NCBI GenBank assembly: GCA_963717085.1
Contig: CAVQVM010000011.1
Span: 233,108-297,107 of the forward strand
Direction: 5' to 3'
Origin: an uncultured bacterium
Lineage (GTDB): Bacteria > Actinomycetota > Acidimicrobiia > Acidimicrobiales > VFJN01
Length of the DNA stretch: 64,000 nucleotides
Both the position numbers and the translations under genes were made by a program. Below the pieces are notes generated by a model. The model saw only the letters and a program-made list of their open reading frames with translations. It searched no databases and was not told where the DNA came from. Below, piece after piece: positions 39,725-48,638 of this stretch. Numbering within the stretch: position 1 is the first letter of the stretch; each line of letters starts with the position of its first letter.

Positions 39725-40120
39725 CTAGTCGGCGAACACGTCCCGGGTCAGCTGGATGAAGAAGCTGTGGTCGTGCCCCTTGTTGGGATCGGTCGAGTTG
39801 TACGAGGTGTTCGACGCGCCGTCTGGCACTTCCTCTTCGGAGTAGATCGCCCCCACCGGGCACACGTCGTCCTGGTAGCAGGCGGTACAAGACGTGCACT
39901 CGTCGACGTTCACATACAGCAGGCTGTCGCCGAAGATCGCCACCGCGTCCGGGTTCGGCACGTGCGTGTTCTCGACGGTGCCGCTGCCGGCCTCGTCCTC
40001 CGAGAACAGCACCCCTTTCGACATGTCCACCTCGTAGATGCACTGCACGGGGCAGACATCGACGCACGCTCGGTCCTTCACGTCGATGCAGGCCTCGGTG
40101 ATGATCGCGATCCCTGACAT
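39725..40120 (-). CDS. Ferredoxin (FdxA-like 3Fe-4S/4Fe-4S type) with an internal insertion
   Basis: [24 protein letters not shown] and [14 protein letters not shown] cluster motifs. GGAG lies 8 nt upstream of ATG 40120. Confidence 0.8.
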   Translation of the reverse strand: MSGIAIITEACIDVKDRACVDVCPVQCIYEVDMSKGVLFSEDEAGSGTVENTHVPNPDAVAIFGDSLLYVNVDECTSCTACYQDDVCPVGAIYSEEEVPDGASNTSYNSTDPNKGHDHSFFIQLTRDVFAD

Positions 40121-40224
40121 GGTCGGCTCCATGAGCTCCGCAAGCGGCTACCCCAGGAATCTTCCCCCGCGGCGGGAGGGCCTAACCAGCTGAACCCCAG
40201 TCAGAGTTCTGGTTCAGTGGTGTC

Positions 40225-40800
40225 ATGCGAACGTTTGGACTCGCGGCGGCGGCTGTGGCCGGCGCCGTCGGCTACCGGCTTGTCGTGGGCGGGGAGCTGA
40301 CACTGGACACCGGGCTCGGTCGGCACATCCGACCACTGGGACCGCTGACGTTCACCATCGCGGCACCTCGCGAGACCGTCTTCGACGTGATTGCCGCGCC
40401 CTATCTGGGGCGGATGCCACGGGCGATAGCGGAGGAGATCGAGGTACTCGAGCGGGGCGGCGACATGGTTCTCGCCGCGCATCGGACCCCCGTGGGAGGG
40501 AGAATGGTGGCAACCACGATCGAGACCGTCCGCTTCGATCGTCCCGAGACGGTTGCGTTCCGACTGGTGCGGGGCCCGGTGCCTCATGTCGTCGAGCAGT
40601 TCACACTCCATGACGATGCCGGCGCCACGCGGCTCGACTACCGGGGCGAGCTCGGCACCGACTTCTGGCAGCTTGGTCGCTGGTGGGGAAATCAGGTGGC
40701 CGGCAAGTGGGAGGCGACCGTGTGGGGTTCCCTCGTCCGCGTGCGCGACGAAGCAGAACGCAAAGCCGCAAGCCGCCGCAGGCATCCGGAGCGGAGCTGA
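40225..40800 (+). CDS. SRPBCC (polyketide cyclase/START-like) fold protein with N-terminal hydrophobic segment
   Basis: 191 aa with TFTIAAPRETVFDVIAAPYLG...FRLVRGPVPHVVEQFTLHD...TRLDYRGEL, a pattern typical of the SRPBCC family. Confidence 0.65.
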   Translation: MRTFGLAAAAVAGAVGYRLVVGGELTLDTGLGRHIRPLGPLTFTIAAPRETVFDVIAAPYLGRMPRAIAEEIEVLERGGDMVLAAHRTPVGGRMVATTIETVRFDRPETVAFRLVRGPVPHVVEQFTLHDDAGATRLDYRGELGTDFWQLGRWWGNQVAGKWEATVWGSLVRVRDEAERKAASRRRHPERS

Positions 40801-40806
40801 CCGCGG

Positions 40807-41766
40807 GTGGCTGAGCTCGGTGCCGGGCGACGCCGGCGCCTTGCTGAGGAGCTCGAGGAGAGCGGGCTGCGCTCGGCGGGCAGCGAGGCCCTCCGCGAGA
40901 TGATGGTGGAGGAGATCGATCATGCGCTCCGTCCAACAGTCCACGAAAGGCGGGTCGCGAGTAGCGGCACGTTCCTCGAGCCCAGGTCGGATCCAGCCAC
41001 GTGGGCGCCCGGGACGCAGCTCGACATAACCCGCACGCCCCTCGGTCAGCAGCCTCTCTCTGCTGTTCGCCGCTATGCCGACGGGATCGCAAGCTGGGTC
41101 CTGCGCCGCACTGATGGCATCAACGAGTGGATGCTGTTCGACCGGCCGGCCGGTTCGGAGCGGGACCTCGTCGTGATGGCCGGTGTGTTCGATGCGACCC
41201 TCGTGCAGCGGCATCCCGCGGGGCCGGTTCGGGTGGTCGGAAGCTTCGGAGTGCTCCGCTGGGAGGGCTTCAGCTGGCACCTCGAGCCGCCGGTCCCCAG
41301 CTGGATCGACGTCGTCGCCGCGTGTCCGCTCTACGGGGATCCCGAGGTACTCGAGGCGATACTGGAGTTCGCGGTCCATGACCTCGGATCGATGGGCATC
41401 GGCTCACTGCTCATCTACCGGCCCGATCCAGCGCCCGGTCCCACAGTCGAGGAGCGGCTGCCGACGCCGCCGCCCCTGCAAATCCGCACGCCCTCTCACC
41501 TTGCTCCGCTCCGCCACGCCCTCGCCCAGATCGACGGCGCCGCCATCTTCGACACCGACGGGGTTCTGCGCCTCCTCGGCGTGCGGCTCGTGCCGAGCCA
41601 ACAAGCCGAGGAGACCGTCGAGGCGTTCGGCGGCACTCGCCACACTTCTGGCCGCCGCTACAGCCACGACGACCCTCTCGCGACCGTGATCGCCGTGAGC
41701 GAGGACGGTCCCGTCTCGGTGCTCCGCAACGGCGCGGTCCTCGGCCGTTCGGACAAGGCCGAATGA
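40807..41766 (+). CDS. Diadenylate-cyclase (DAC/DisA_N) domain protein with unassigned N-terminal domain
   Basis: The C-terminal part shows, in order, GSLLIY, IDGAAIF (DGA), GGTRHTSGRRYS (RHR-like) and VIAVSEDGPVSVL. GTG start 6 nt after the SRPBCC stop. Confidence 0.7.
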   Translation: MAELGAGRRRRLAEELEESGLRSAGSEALREMMVEEIDHALRPTVHERRVASSGTFLEPRSDPATWAPGTQLDITRTPLGQQPLSAVRRYADGIASWVLRRTDGINEWMLFDRPAGSERDLVVMAGVFDATLVQRHPAGPVRVVGSFGVLRWEGFSWHLEPPVPSWIDVVAACPLYGDPEVLEAILEFAVHDLGSMGIGSLLIYRPDPAPGPTVEERLPTPPPLQIRTPSHLAPLRHALAQIDGAAIFDTDGVLRLLGVRLVPSQQAEETVEAFGGTRHTSGRRYSHDDPLATVIAVSEDGPVSVLRNGAVLGRSDKAE

Positions 41767-41851
41767 CGGGGCCACGGGGCCGCCGCTCTCGACTTCCTTC
41801 ATGACGCGGTAGACCTCTGCCGCTTCGCGCGAATGCTCAAGGGAACGAGCT

Positions 41852-42358
41852 GTGGCGCCGGCCCGGTGGCGTGTGAGGCAGGCTGACGACGTGCAGGAAA
41901 CCCACGGCGGGCTACGGCCAAGGAGAGCCAAGCGAGACGAGGCCGCAGGAATCGCGGCTGTCTGGTTGCGTTCGCGGCAGGCGTCGATTCCGGCCATCCC
42001 CCCTCCGGTCCACAGTGACCACGAGGTGCACGAGTTCTTCGCGAGCGTGGTCCTGCCGGAGCGGGAAACGTGGGTGATCGATGACGACCATGGCGAGATC
42101 GTCGCGCTGCTCGTCCTCGAGTCGGGGTGGATTGACCAGTTGTATGTCGACCCGGGCCACACCGGGTGCGGCCTCGGGTCGCGCCTCCTCGACGTCGCCA
42201 AGGCGGTCTACCCCGAGGGTCTCGACCTCTGGACGTTCGCGGCGAACACCGGTGCCCGGCGCTTCTACGAGCGACATGGCTTCGTGGCAATCGAGTCGAC
42301 CGAGGGTCACAACGAGGAGGGAGCGCCAGACGTCCGCTATCACTGGCCGGCGACGTGA
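41852..42358 (+). CDS. GNAT-family N-acetyltransferase
   Basis: IDQLYVDPGHTGCGLGSRLLDVAK...ARRFYERHGF is an acetyl-CoA binding-type motif. Start uncertain. Confidence 0.75.
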   Translation: MAPARWRVRQADDVQETHGGLRPRRAKRDEAAGIAAVWLRSRQASIPAIPPPVHSDHEVHEFFASVVLPERETWVIDDDHGEIVALLVLESGWIDQLYVDPGHTGCGLGSRLLDVAKAVYPEGLDLWTFAANTGARRFYERHGFVAIESTEGHNEEGAPDVRYHWPAT

Positions 42359-42658
42359 CACACGGCGGTCCTGACGGCAGACGGCGAACCGACCACGGCT
42401 CAGCGGGGATCCGATCCCGGTGCCGGCCGGAGGAGGTGGTGGGGATACGATCCGGGCGGCGGAAATCCACGGGGTGTCGGCGGCCACGAGATCCTGAATA
42501 TTCGGACCGATCGCCTCAGCTACTGGGGACGACCGTCCCGTTGTCCGAGAGCGCCGCGCGGCGCATGACCTCCACGGAGCAGAATCGGACCGACCACACA
42601 AGCGCGCCCCGCTGCCAAAGCTGGTGCCCATCCATCACTCTCTCCCCAACGGAGTCCA

Positions 42659-42973
42659 ATGTCATCGACCCCAGAGCCCGAGCACCTCAACAATCCCCAT
42701 CACCGTCAAACGCTCCTCCAGGTCTTCCAGCATCCGGTGAGCCACAACATCGAGTGGCACGCCATGCTGTCGCTGCTCGAAGCCGTCGGATCGGTCGAAC
42801 TCCGCCATGACGGCGAGTACGCGGCTCACGTCGGTGCCGAGACCGCGTTCCTCGGCCGCCCGAAGGACAAGGACATCGACGTCGAGCAAGTCCTCGCCGT
42901 CCGCCGCCTGCTGACCGCCGCTGGATATGGTCCCGTCGTTGAGGCCCTGAAGGCCAAAGGCACGGAGGTCTGA
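42659..42973 (+). CDS. Hypothetical small protein
   Basis: 104 aa (HRQTLLQVFQHPVSHNIEWHAMLSLLEAVG...). Coding-like composition; no family recognised. Confidence 0.5.
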   Translation: MSSTPEPEHLNNPHHRQTLLQVFQHPVSHNIEWHAMLSLLEAVGSVELRHDGEYAAHVGAETAFLGRPKDKDIDVEQVLAVRRLLTAAGYGPVVEALKAKGTEV

Positions 42974-43087
42974 CGACGGCGGGCGACGTTGCGCTCGGTG
43001 CGCGGGCACCGGTAGCGCACCCGATCGTGTGGCTGCGTGCATCCGGCTGACGCCCCGGGACGCGGCCCCGGCTTCAGAACGGCAAAA

Positions 43088-43108
43088 GCCCAGGTCAGTG
43101 ACCTGGGC
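43088..43108. terminator. Bidirectional intrinsic-terminator-like hairpin
   Basis: AAAA-GCCCAGGTC-AGT-GACCTGGGC-TTT has a perfect 9-bp stem with T-runs on both strands. It lies 15 nt past the tRNA 3' end and downstream of the + strand gene ending at 42973. Confidence 0.6.
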
Positions 43109-43122
43109 TTTCACGCTGCTCT

Positions 43123-43199
<77 letters not shown>

Positions 43200-43276
43200 T
43201 CGTTGGGGAGACAACACCTTATCGGTCACCCTCCGACCCGCCAACCCTGCGTCGGCCGGGGCCGACCCCGGCCGCC

Positions 43277-46264
43277 CTACGCGGGGGAGGTCTCGGGCTC
43301 CGTTGTCGACGTGGTCGTGGTCGTCGAGTCGCCGCCGCCCTCGTCGCCGGTCAGCAGCTCGTTCGCCTGGGCGACAAGGTCGCGGGCCTGATTCAGGCGC
43401 TGCTGGAACGTGGCGAGGTCGCCGTCGGCCAGCGCCGCATCGGCCTGGTCGAAGAGCCGGTCCGCTTGGGCGAGCAACCTCGCAGCCTCTTCGGCCGTTG
43501 TGCCCCCCTGCTCGGGCGGCGGCTCGGCCTCGGGGGGCGGCTGCTCGCCCTCCGTGCTGGGGCGTTCCTGCGTCGCCACGCGTTCGCCGAACAGCCCCAC
43601 CAAGGCCTCCTGCAGCGTGTCCTCGATGACCACCGTGTCGCCGAAGTTGACGATGACCTTCTCGAGCTGCGGTAGCTGACGGGTCTCGTCCTGGGGAACG
43701 ACATAGAACGGCTGCACGTAGAGCAAGGCGTTGTCCACCGGGACAAGCAGGAGGTTGCCGTAAAGCACCTCCGACCCCCGTTGTCCTAGCTCGGTCTCGT
43801 CCCGGGCGACATTTTCGTCGGCCCTGATCGCCGCCGCCGCCAGCCCGGGACCGTCCGGCAGGTCGCTCGATGGCAACTCGTAGGTAACCAGCTCGCCGTA
43901 GTGGCCGGGATCCATGCGCGCCGCCATGAACGCCGTCAGGAGCTGACTTCGGTCGTCCTCGCTGAAGGGCACGAACGGGCGCATCAGCACCATCTCCGCC
44001 GCGTCCGACACGTCCCCCGACGCGTTCGGCAGCTGGAGCAGCTGGTAGTAGGGCGCGATGCGGGGCGCCTGGGCACCGGTGACCTGCCCCTGCTCGTTGG
44101 TGACCTGCGTGGAGGGGTCGGCGCCGGCAGTCCCCGGATCCCGGGCGACCCGCCAGGCGTCGTTCTGGTTGAAGAAATCGTCGGGATCGTCCAGGTGGTA
44201 GCGGCCATAGGCCGACGTCTGGATGCGGAAGAGGTCCTCTGGGTAACGCAGGTGGGCCTGCAGCTCCTCCGGGATGTCGTCGTCGCTGAACAGGTCGGGG
44301 AAGGCGTCCCGATAGGCGTCGATGATCGGATCGTCAGGATCCATCACGTAGAACGTGACCGTGCCGTCGTAGGCGTCGACCGTGGCCTTGACCGAGTTGC
44401 GCACGTAGTTGAACCGGTGGTTCAGCCCGCTCGACGAGGACACCTGGTCGGTGTCGGCCATCTGCCCGTACGGGTAGCGGGATGTCGTCGTGAACAGATC
44501 GACAACCCACTGGACCCGTCCGCCGACCAGCACCGGATAGGGGTCGTTGTCGGCCTCGAGGAACGGCGCCAGCTTGGTCACGCGGTCGATCACGTCCCGC
44601 ACATAGACGACGCGGGACTCGTCGGTCATGAAGTCGGAGATCAGCGGGTTGAGGTCGCCGAAGCGCAGCGCGAACGCCGCCCGTCGCACCAACGAGTTGG
44701 CCGGGACGCCGTCGTCCCCCGTGTAGGTCGCCGTTTGCGTCTCGCCATCCTCGTCCTGGAAGTCGATCTCGTCGCGGTTGGTGTTGACGACGATGTAGCC
44801 GTCGAGGTCCTCGCCGAAGTAGATCCCGGTCCCGGGAGCCTTGATCTCCAGGCCCTCGGCCTGGCTGGTCTGGGGGATCTCTCCCAGCACGAACTCGGGC
44901 TCGTTGCCCTCGGCCGCGTTGGACGGTGCCATCACGACGCCGTACCCGTGCGTGTATGCGAGGTGCGCCGCCTCCCACGAATCGCCGGGAACACCGTCGG
45001 GGTTGATCGTCCGGACGCCCACGTTCACCTGCGTGGGCTCGCCGTCGATCGTGTAGCGGTCAACGTCGACGTCGTTGATGTTGTAGAAGTTGCGGATCCG
45101 CTGCAGCTGCTCGAACGTCTGGCCCGAGAGGCGGGCGGCCGGATCCCACAACCGGATGTTGCGGACGGTGGGTTCGGCACCCGCCAGCGCCACCTCGTCG
45201 GCGTTGGTCTTGCGATCGAACCGCTCGGTCGTGACCTTGTCGAGGCCCAGCGCGGCCCTGGTCGCCTCGATGTTGCGCTCGATGTACGGGCGTTCCCGGG
45301 CCGACTCGTTGGGCTGGACCTGGAATCGCTGGACGTACTGGGGGTAGATCCCCCCGGCCACCACCGCTACGAACATCCACAGCCCCACGGCGACAGCAGG
45401 GAGCGTCCAGCCGCGGCGGAAGATGTTGACGACGAACAGCGCCGCCGCGCACAGGGAGATGAGCACCAGCAGGTTGAGTGCGGGCAGCTGCGCCTTGACA
45501 TCGGTGTAGCTGGCGCCGTCGACGATGCCCCGGGTGGAGGCCGTGAGCTCGAAGCGCTGCAGCCAGTAGTCGGTCGTCTTGACCAGCGCCAGCACCGCGA
45601 GGAGCACCGACAGGTGCGCCTTCACCTGCGGCGTCACCCGCGGCGACGGTGGCTGTACGCGGATGCCGCCGTTGAGGTAGTGCGCCACCGCCGTGACGAT
45701 GATGACGATCAGCAGCGACGCGAACAGCCAGTCGACCACGAACGACAGGAAGGGCAGCCGGAAGACGTAGAAGCCGATGTCGTTGTGGAACTGCGGATCC
45801 TCGATGCCGAAGTCGCCGCCGTTGGTGAACAGCACCCAGGAGTTCCACTCCGACGACACCCCTGACCCGGCGATGATCGCCAGCAGCACGCAGATGATGA
45901 TCCGCAGCCAGCCCATGCGGTCGTCGACGATGTCGTGGTACCGCTCGAGCAGCTCGTCCTCCGGGCCAGCCATCCGGTACGGCGGCGCGATGCGGTCTGC
46001 GATCAGCAGGTTGGACCAGGCCAGCAGGAAGAAGCCGACCATGAAGATGAGCGCCAGGCTCAGCTTGGCCCCGAGGATCCCCCGCCACACGCCGGTCTGG
46101 TTCAGCGAGTCGAACCACAGGTAGTCGGTGTAGAAGCCGGCGATGCCTCGGAGCGACGTGAGCAGGATGAATGCCGCGATGACGCCGACGATGAGGAGTG
46201 TGCGCCCGCGCCTGCCGTTCTTGCGCCGGGGCGCTCGGCGCGGCAGGTCGTCGGGGGCTCGCAT
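43277..46264 (-). CDS. UPF0182-family large polytopic membrane protein
   Basis: Start at ATG 46264 (MRAPDDLPRRAPRRKNGRRGRTLLIVGVIAAF...GFYTDYLWFDSL). Multiple N-terminal TM helices and a large extracytoplasmic domain. 995 aa. Confidence 0.85.
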   Translation of the reverse strand: MRAPDDLPRRAPRRKNGRRGRTLLIVGVIAAFILLTSLRGIAGFYTDYLWFDSLNQTGVWRGILGAKLSLALIFMVGFFLLAWSNLLIADRIAPPYRMAGPEDELLERYHDIVDDRMGWLRIIICVLLAIIAGSGVSSEWNSWVLFTNGGDFGIEDPQFHNDIGFYVFRLPFLSFVVDWLFASLLIVIIVTAVAHYLNGGIRVQPPSPRVTPQVKAHLSVLLAVLALVKTTDYWLQRFELTASTRGIVDGASYTDVKAQLPALNLLVLISLCAAALFVVNIFRRGWTLPAVAVGLWMFVAVVAGGIYPQYVQRFQVQPNESARERPYIERNIEATRAALGLDKVTTERFDRKTNADEVALAGAEPTVRNIRLWDPAARLSGQTFEQLQRIRNFYNINDVDVDRYTIDGEPTQVNVGVRTINPDGVPGDSWEAAHLAYTHGYGVVMAPSNAAEGNEPEFVLGEIPQTSQAEGLEIKAPGTGIYFGEDLDGYIVVNTNRDEIDFQDEDGETQTATYTGDDGVPANSLVRRAAFALRFGDLNPLISDFMTDESRVVYVRDVIDRVTKLAPFLEADNDPYPVLVGGRVQWVVDLFTTTSRYPYGQMADTDQVSSSSGLNHRFNYVRNSVKATVDAYDGTVTFYVMDPDDPIIDAYRDAFPDLFSDDDIPEELQAHLRYPEDLFRIQTSAYGRYHLDDPDDFFNQNDAWRVARDPGTAGADPSTQVTNEQGQVTGAQAPRIAPYYQLLQLPNASGDVSDAAEMVLMRPFVPFSEDDRSQLLTAFMAARMDPGHYGELVTYELPSSDLPDGPGLAAAAIRADENVARDETELGQRGSEVLYGNLLLVPVDNALLYVQPFYVVPQDETRQLPQLEKVIVNFGDTVVIEDTLQEALVGLFGERVATQERPSTEGEQPPPEAEPPPEQGGTTAEEAARLLAQADRLFDQADAALADGDLATFQQRLNQARDLVAQANELLTGDEGGGDSTTTTTSTTEPETSPA

Positions 46265-46310
46265 GAGGGCCGAGCCTACAGACAGCTGTTCGAACGGATG
46301 GAGCGGGGGC

Positions 46311-47054
46311 TTATCGCCGCTCGCCGGATTCGGCCGGGGCGCGCTCGACGCCGACGTCCACGGGCACGACCAGGCAACGGCAATCCGGATGTGCCGGAGA
46401 GCACAGGACCCCGGTGGGGAACGCCTCGCCCTTGCGGACGCCGCTCGCCAGGGCGTTGTCGTCGGCATCGGGGCAGGCCTCACCGCTCCGGTCGACGAGC
46501 CATCGGAGCTCGGTGTCGGACGGCGTGGCCTCGTAGACGCCCCACGCGTAGGCCGCGGCGGCGTAGTGCCGCACGGCGGCACCGATCCGCTGGCCCTTCC
46601 ACTCCCGGTAGACGGACCGGAGCCGCTCGGTCACCTCCTCGACGTCGCCCTCGCACTCGTCGAACGAGCGGGCGATCCGCTCCCGCATGGGCTCGACCAG
46701 GGACAGGCCCAGCTCGGAGGCGAGCGCCGAGCACGACCCGGTGACCTCGCGATCGACGCTGGCGGCGCCCGAGAGGGCGGCGACGTCGAGGTCGGGCAGG
46801 GCGGCGGCGGCGTAGCGCTGGACGTGCTCCTGGGCGGCGGGAACGACGTCGTCGAGGCCGGTGGGTTGGTCCCGGCGCAGTAGGTCGAACACCTCGTTCT
46901 GCTCGTCGGCCAGAACCCGCTTGAGCCGGCGGCCGAGGTCGCGCTCGACCGGGCCCAGGTGGGTGTCACGGTCGTGCAGCACAGCCGCATCGGGATCGAG
47001 CTCCTCGGCGTCTTCTCCCTCGGCTTCTCCCTCGGTTCTCCCTCGACTCGACAT
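46311..47054 (-). CDS. Hypothetical protein with C-terminal Cys/His motif (AHPDCRC); possibly the 3' part of the upstream DivIVA-domain gene
   Basis: Good third-position GC from about 47040 downward. The C-terminus ACPDADDNALASGVRKGEAFPTGVLCSPAHPDCRCLVVPV recalls the end of phage Mu-F/SPP1 gp7-type domains. Overlaps ORF 46966-48549 in another frame. Confidence 0.55.
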   Translation of the reverse strand: MSSRGRTEGEAEGEDAEELDPDAAVLHDRDTHLGPVERDLGRRLKRVLADEQNEVFDLLRRDQPTGLDDVVPAAQEHVQRYAAAALPDLDVAALSGAASVDREVTGSCSALASELGLSLVEPMRERIARSFDECEGDVEEVTERLRSVYREWKGQRIGAAVRHYAAAAYAWGVYEATPSDTELRWLVDRSGEACPDADDNALASGVRKGEAFPTGVLCSPAHPDCRCLVVPVDVGVERAPAESGERR

Positions 47055-48549
47055 GGGCTTCGCCGTCGGTCGCCGGCCGGGCCTCGGACCCCAGCGGATC
47101 GTCCATGACGGCAACCGCCGTGGCCCCGACCCCTAGCGCCTCGCCTCCGCCGGCCGTGCCCGGTGCGGGACCGCCGCGGTCGGCCTTGAGCCGCGCGAAG
47201 AGCTCCTCCACGTGATCCTGCTCGCCACCCTCGGCCTCCTCGCCCCCGCCGTCCCCGTACTCCGCGTCGTCGGCCGCCGCACCGGCGGTGTGGACCTCGT
47301 CCGCGTGCTCGTCGTCGGCGCGGGCCTCGTCGGCTGTGACCTCGACCTCCGTGGCGCCGTCAGCCTCATCCACCTCCGCGACCACGTCGTCGGTGGCGCC
47401 CGCCCGCTCGACGGGCGGCCCCGCCATCCGGACCGGCTCGGCGGCCATCGCCTCCGGCGCCGGCGCGCTCGGCTGCTCCTCCGCCGGGCGGCGGCGGAAC
47501 GGCCAGATGCTCTTCCGCTCGCCGGCCTCGCCGATGACGGTCCGGCGCGGTAAGCCGGCCTCCTCGTCGGCGAGATGGCGGTCGGCCGCCTCCAGGCCAC
47601 CGTCGATCAGCGCGTCGATCTGGTGGACATCCACCTCGTCCAAGCCGTCGATGTCCTCGACCAGCCCCGCCATGCGGGCCACCGTGAGCTCGGCCTCCAG
47701 CTCCTCGACCGATGGCTCCGGCTCCTCGCTCACCCGCCGTGCCGCCGACTCGCTGGCCAGCTTGGCCTGCGGCAGGGCCACGGTCAGCTCGCCCGTCGCC
47801 TCGTCAACGGTCCGGCGCACGACCTCGTAGGCCGCCAGCAGCCGCTCGCGGCCACCGTTCAGGCGCTCAAGCTGCTCACGGGCCGTCCGGCGGCGATGGG
47901 CCAGGTCGCCGAGCATCCGTTCCCGGACCACCTGGGCCTCGACCACGAGCTGCCGTCCCTGCTCACGGGCCGTGTCACGCAGCCGTTTGGCGTCGGACTC
48001 GGCCGCGGCCCGGGCCTGCTCGCCCTCCGCCAGCATCCGTTCCCGCTCGGCCTCCGCCGCGCGCCGCATCTCGTCGGCCAGCTCCTGGCCCTCGGCCCGC
48101 CGCCGCTCGAGGATCGCCTCGGCGTCATGGCGCAGCTGCTCGGCCTCGGAGATGATCTCGCGCCTGCGGTCGGCGCCATCGCGCTCGGCCTGCTCGACGA
48201 GCGTGTGCGCCTCGCCCTGCGCGTCCCGGACCATCCGGGCCGCCGCCTCCTCGGCCTTGGCCCGGATGTCGCCGGCGGCCTCCCGGGCGGCCTCGAGGAC
48301 CCGGGCCGTCTCGACGCCGAGCAACTCCACCAACCGGTGCTCGTCCAGCTGCTCGGCGAGCTGGGCACGAGCCTCGGCGCGCTCCGCCCGGTCCAGCTGG
48401 TGCGACTCGCCCCGTTGGAGCCGCCCGACGATCTCCGACAGTTCGTGGAGGAAGGCACGCACCTCGGTGGGGTCGTAGCCCTTCCGAGCGGTGGAAAAAT
48501 GTCGGCGGGCGATGCCCGTCGCATCGAGGGGAGAAGGCTCGGGCGGCAT
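46966..48549 (-). CDS. DivIVA-domain coiled-coil protein (3' end probably frameshifted)
   Basis: N-terminus FSTARKGYDPTEVRAFLHEL is a DivIVA motif. It is followed by a long Ala/Glu/Arg coiled coil and an acidic tail. Third-position GC collapses in the last ~30 codons. Confidence 0.75.
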   Translation of the reverse strand: MPPEPSPLDATGIARRHFSTARKGYDPTEVRAFLHELSEIVGRLQRGESHQLDRAERAEARAQLAEQLDEHRLVELLGVETARVLEAAREAAGDIRAKAEEAAARMVRDAQGEAHTLVEQAERDGADRRREIISEAEQLRHDAEAILERRRAEGQELADEMRRAAEAERERMLAEGEQARAAAESDAKRLRDTAREQGRQLVVEAQVVRERMLGDLAHRRRTAREQLERLNGGRERLLAAYEVVRRTVDEATGELTVALPQAKLASESAARRVSEEPEPSVEELEAELTVARMAGLVEDIDGLDEVDVHQIDALIDGGLEAADRHLADEEAGLPRRTVIGEAGERKSIWPFRRRPAEEQPSAPAPEAMAAEPVRMAGPPVERAGATDDVVAEVDEADGATEVEVTADEARADDEHADEVHTAGAAADDAEYGDGGGEEAEGGEQDHVEELFARLKADRGGPAPGTAGGGEALGVGATAVAVMDDPLGSEARPATDGEAHVESRENRGRSRGRRRRGARSRCGCAARP

Positions 48550-48638
48550 GACCCCCGATGGTATGACTCGCGCCGGCCACGCGCCGAGGGTCGATTTTCC
48601 CGCCGCTCTGGGTGGTGGCCCGCCCGTTGGGGGCGGTC

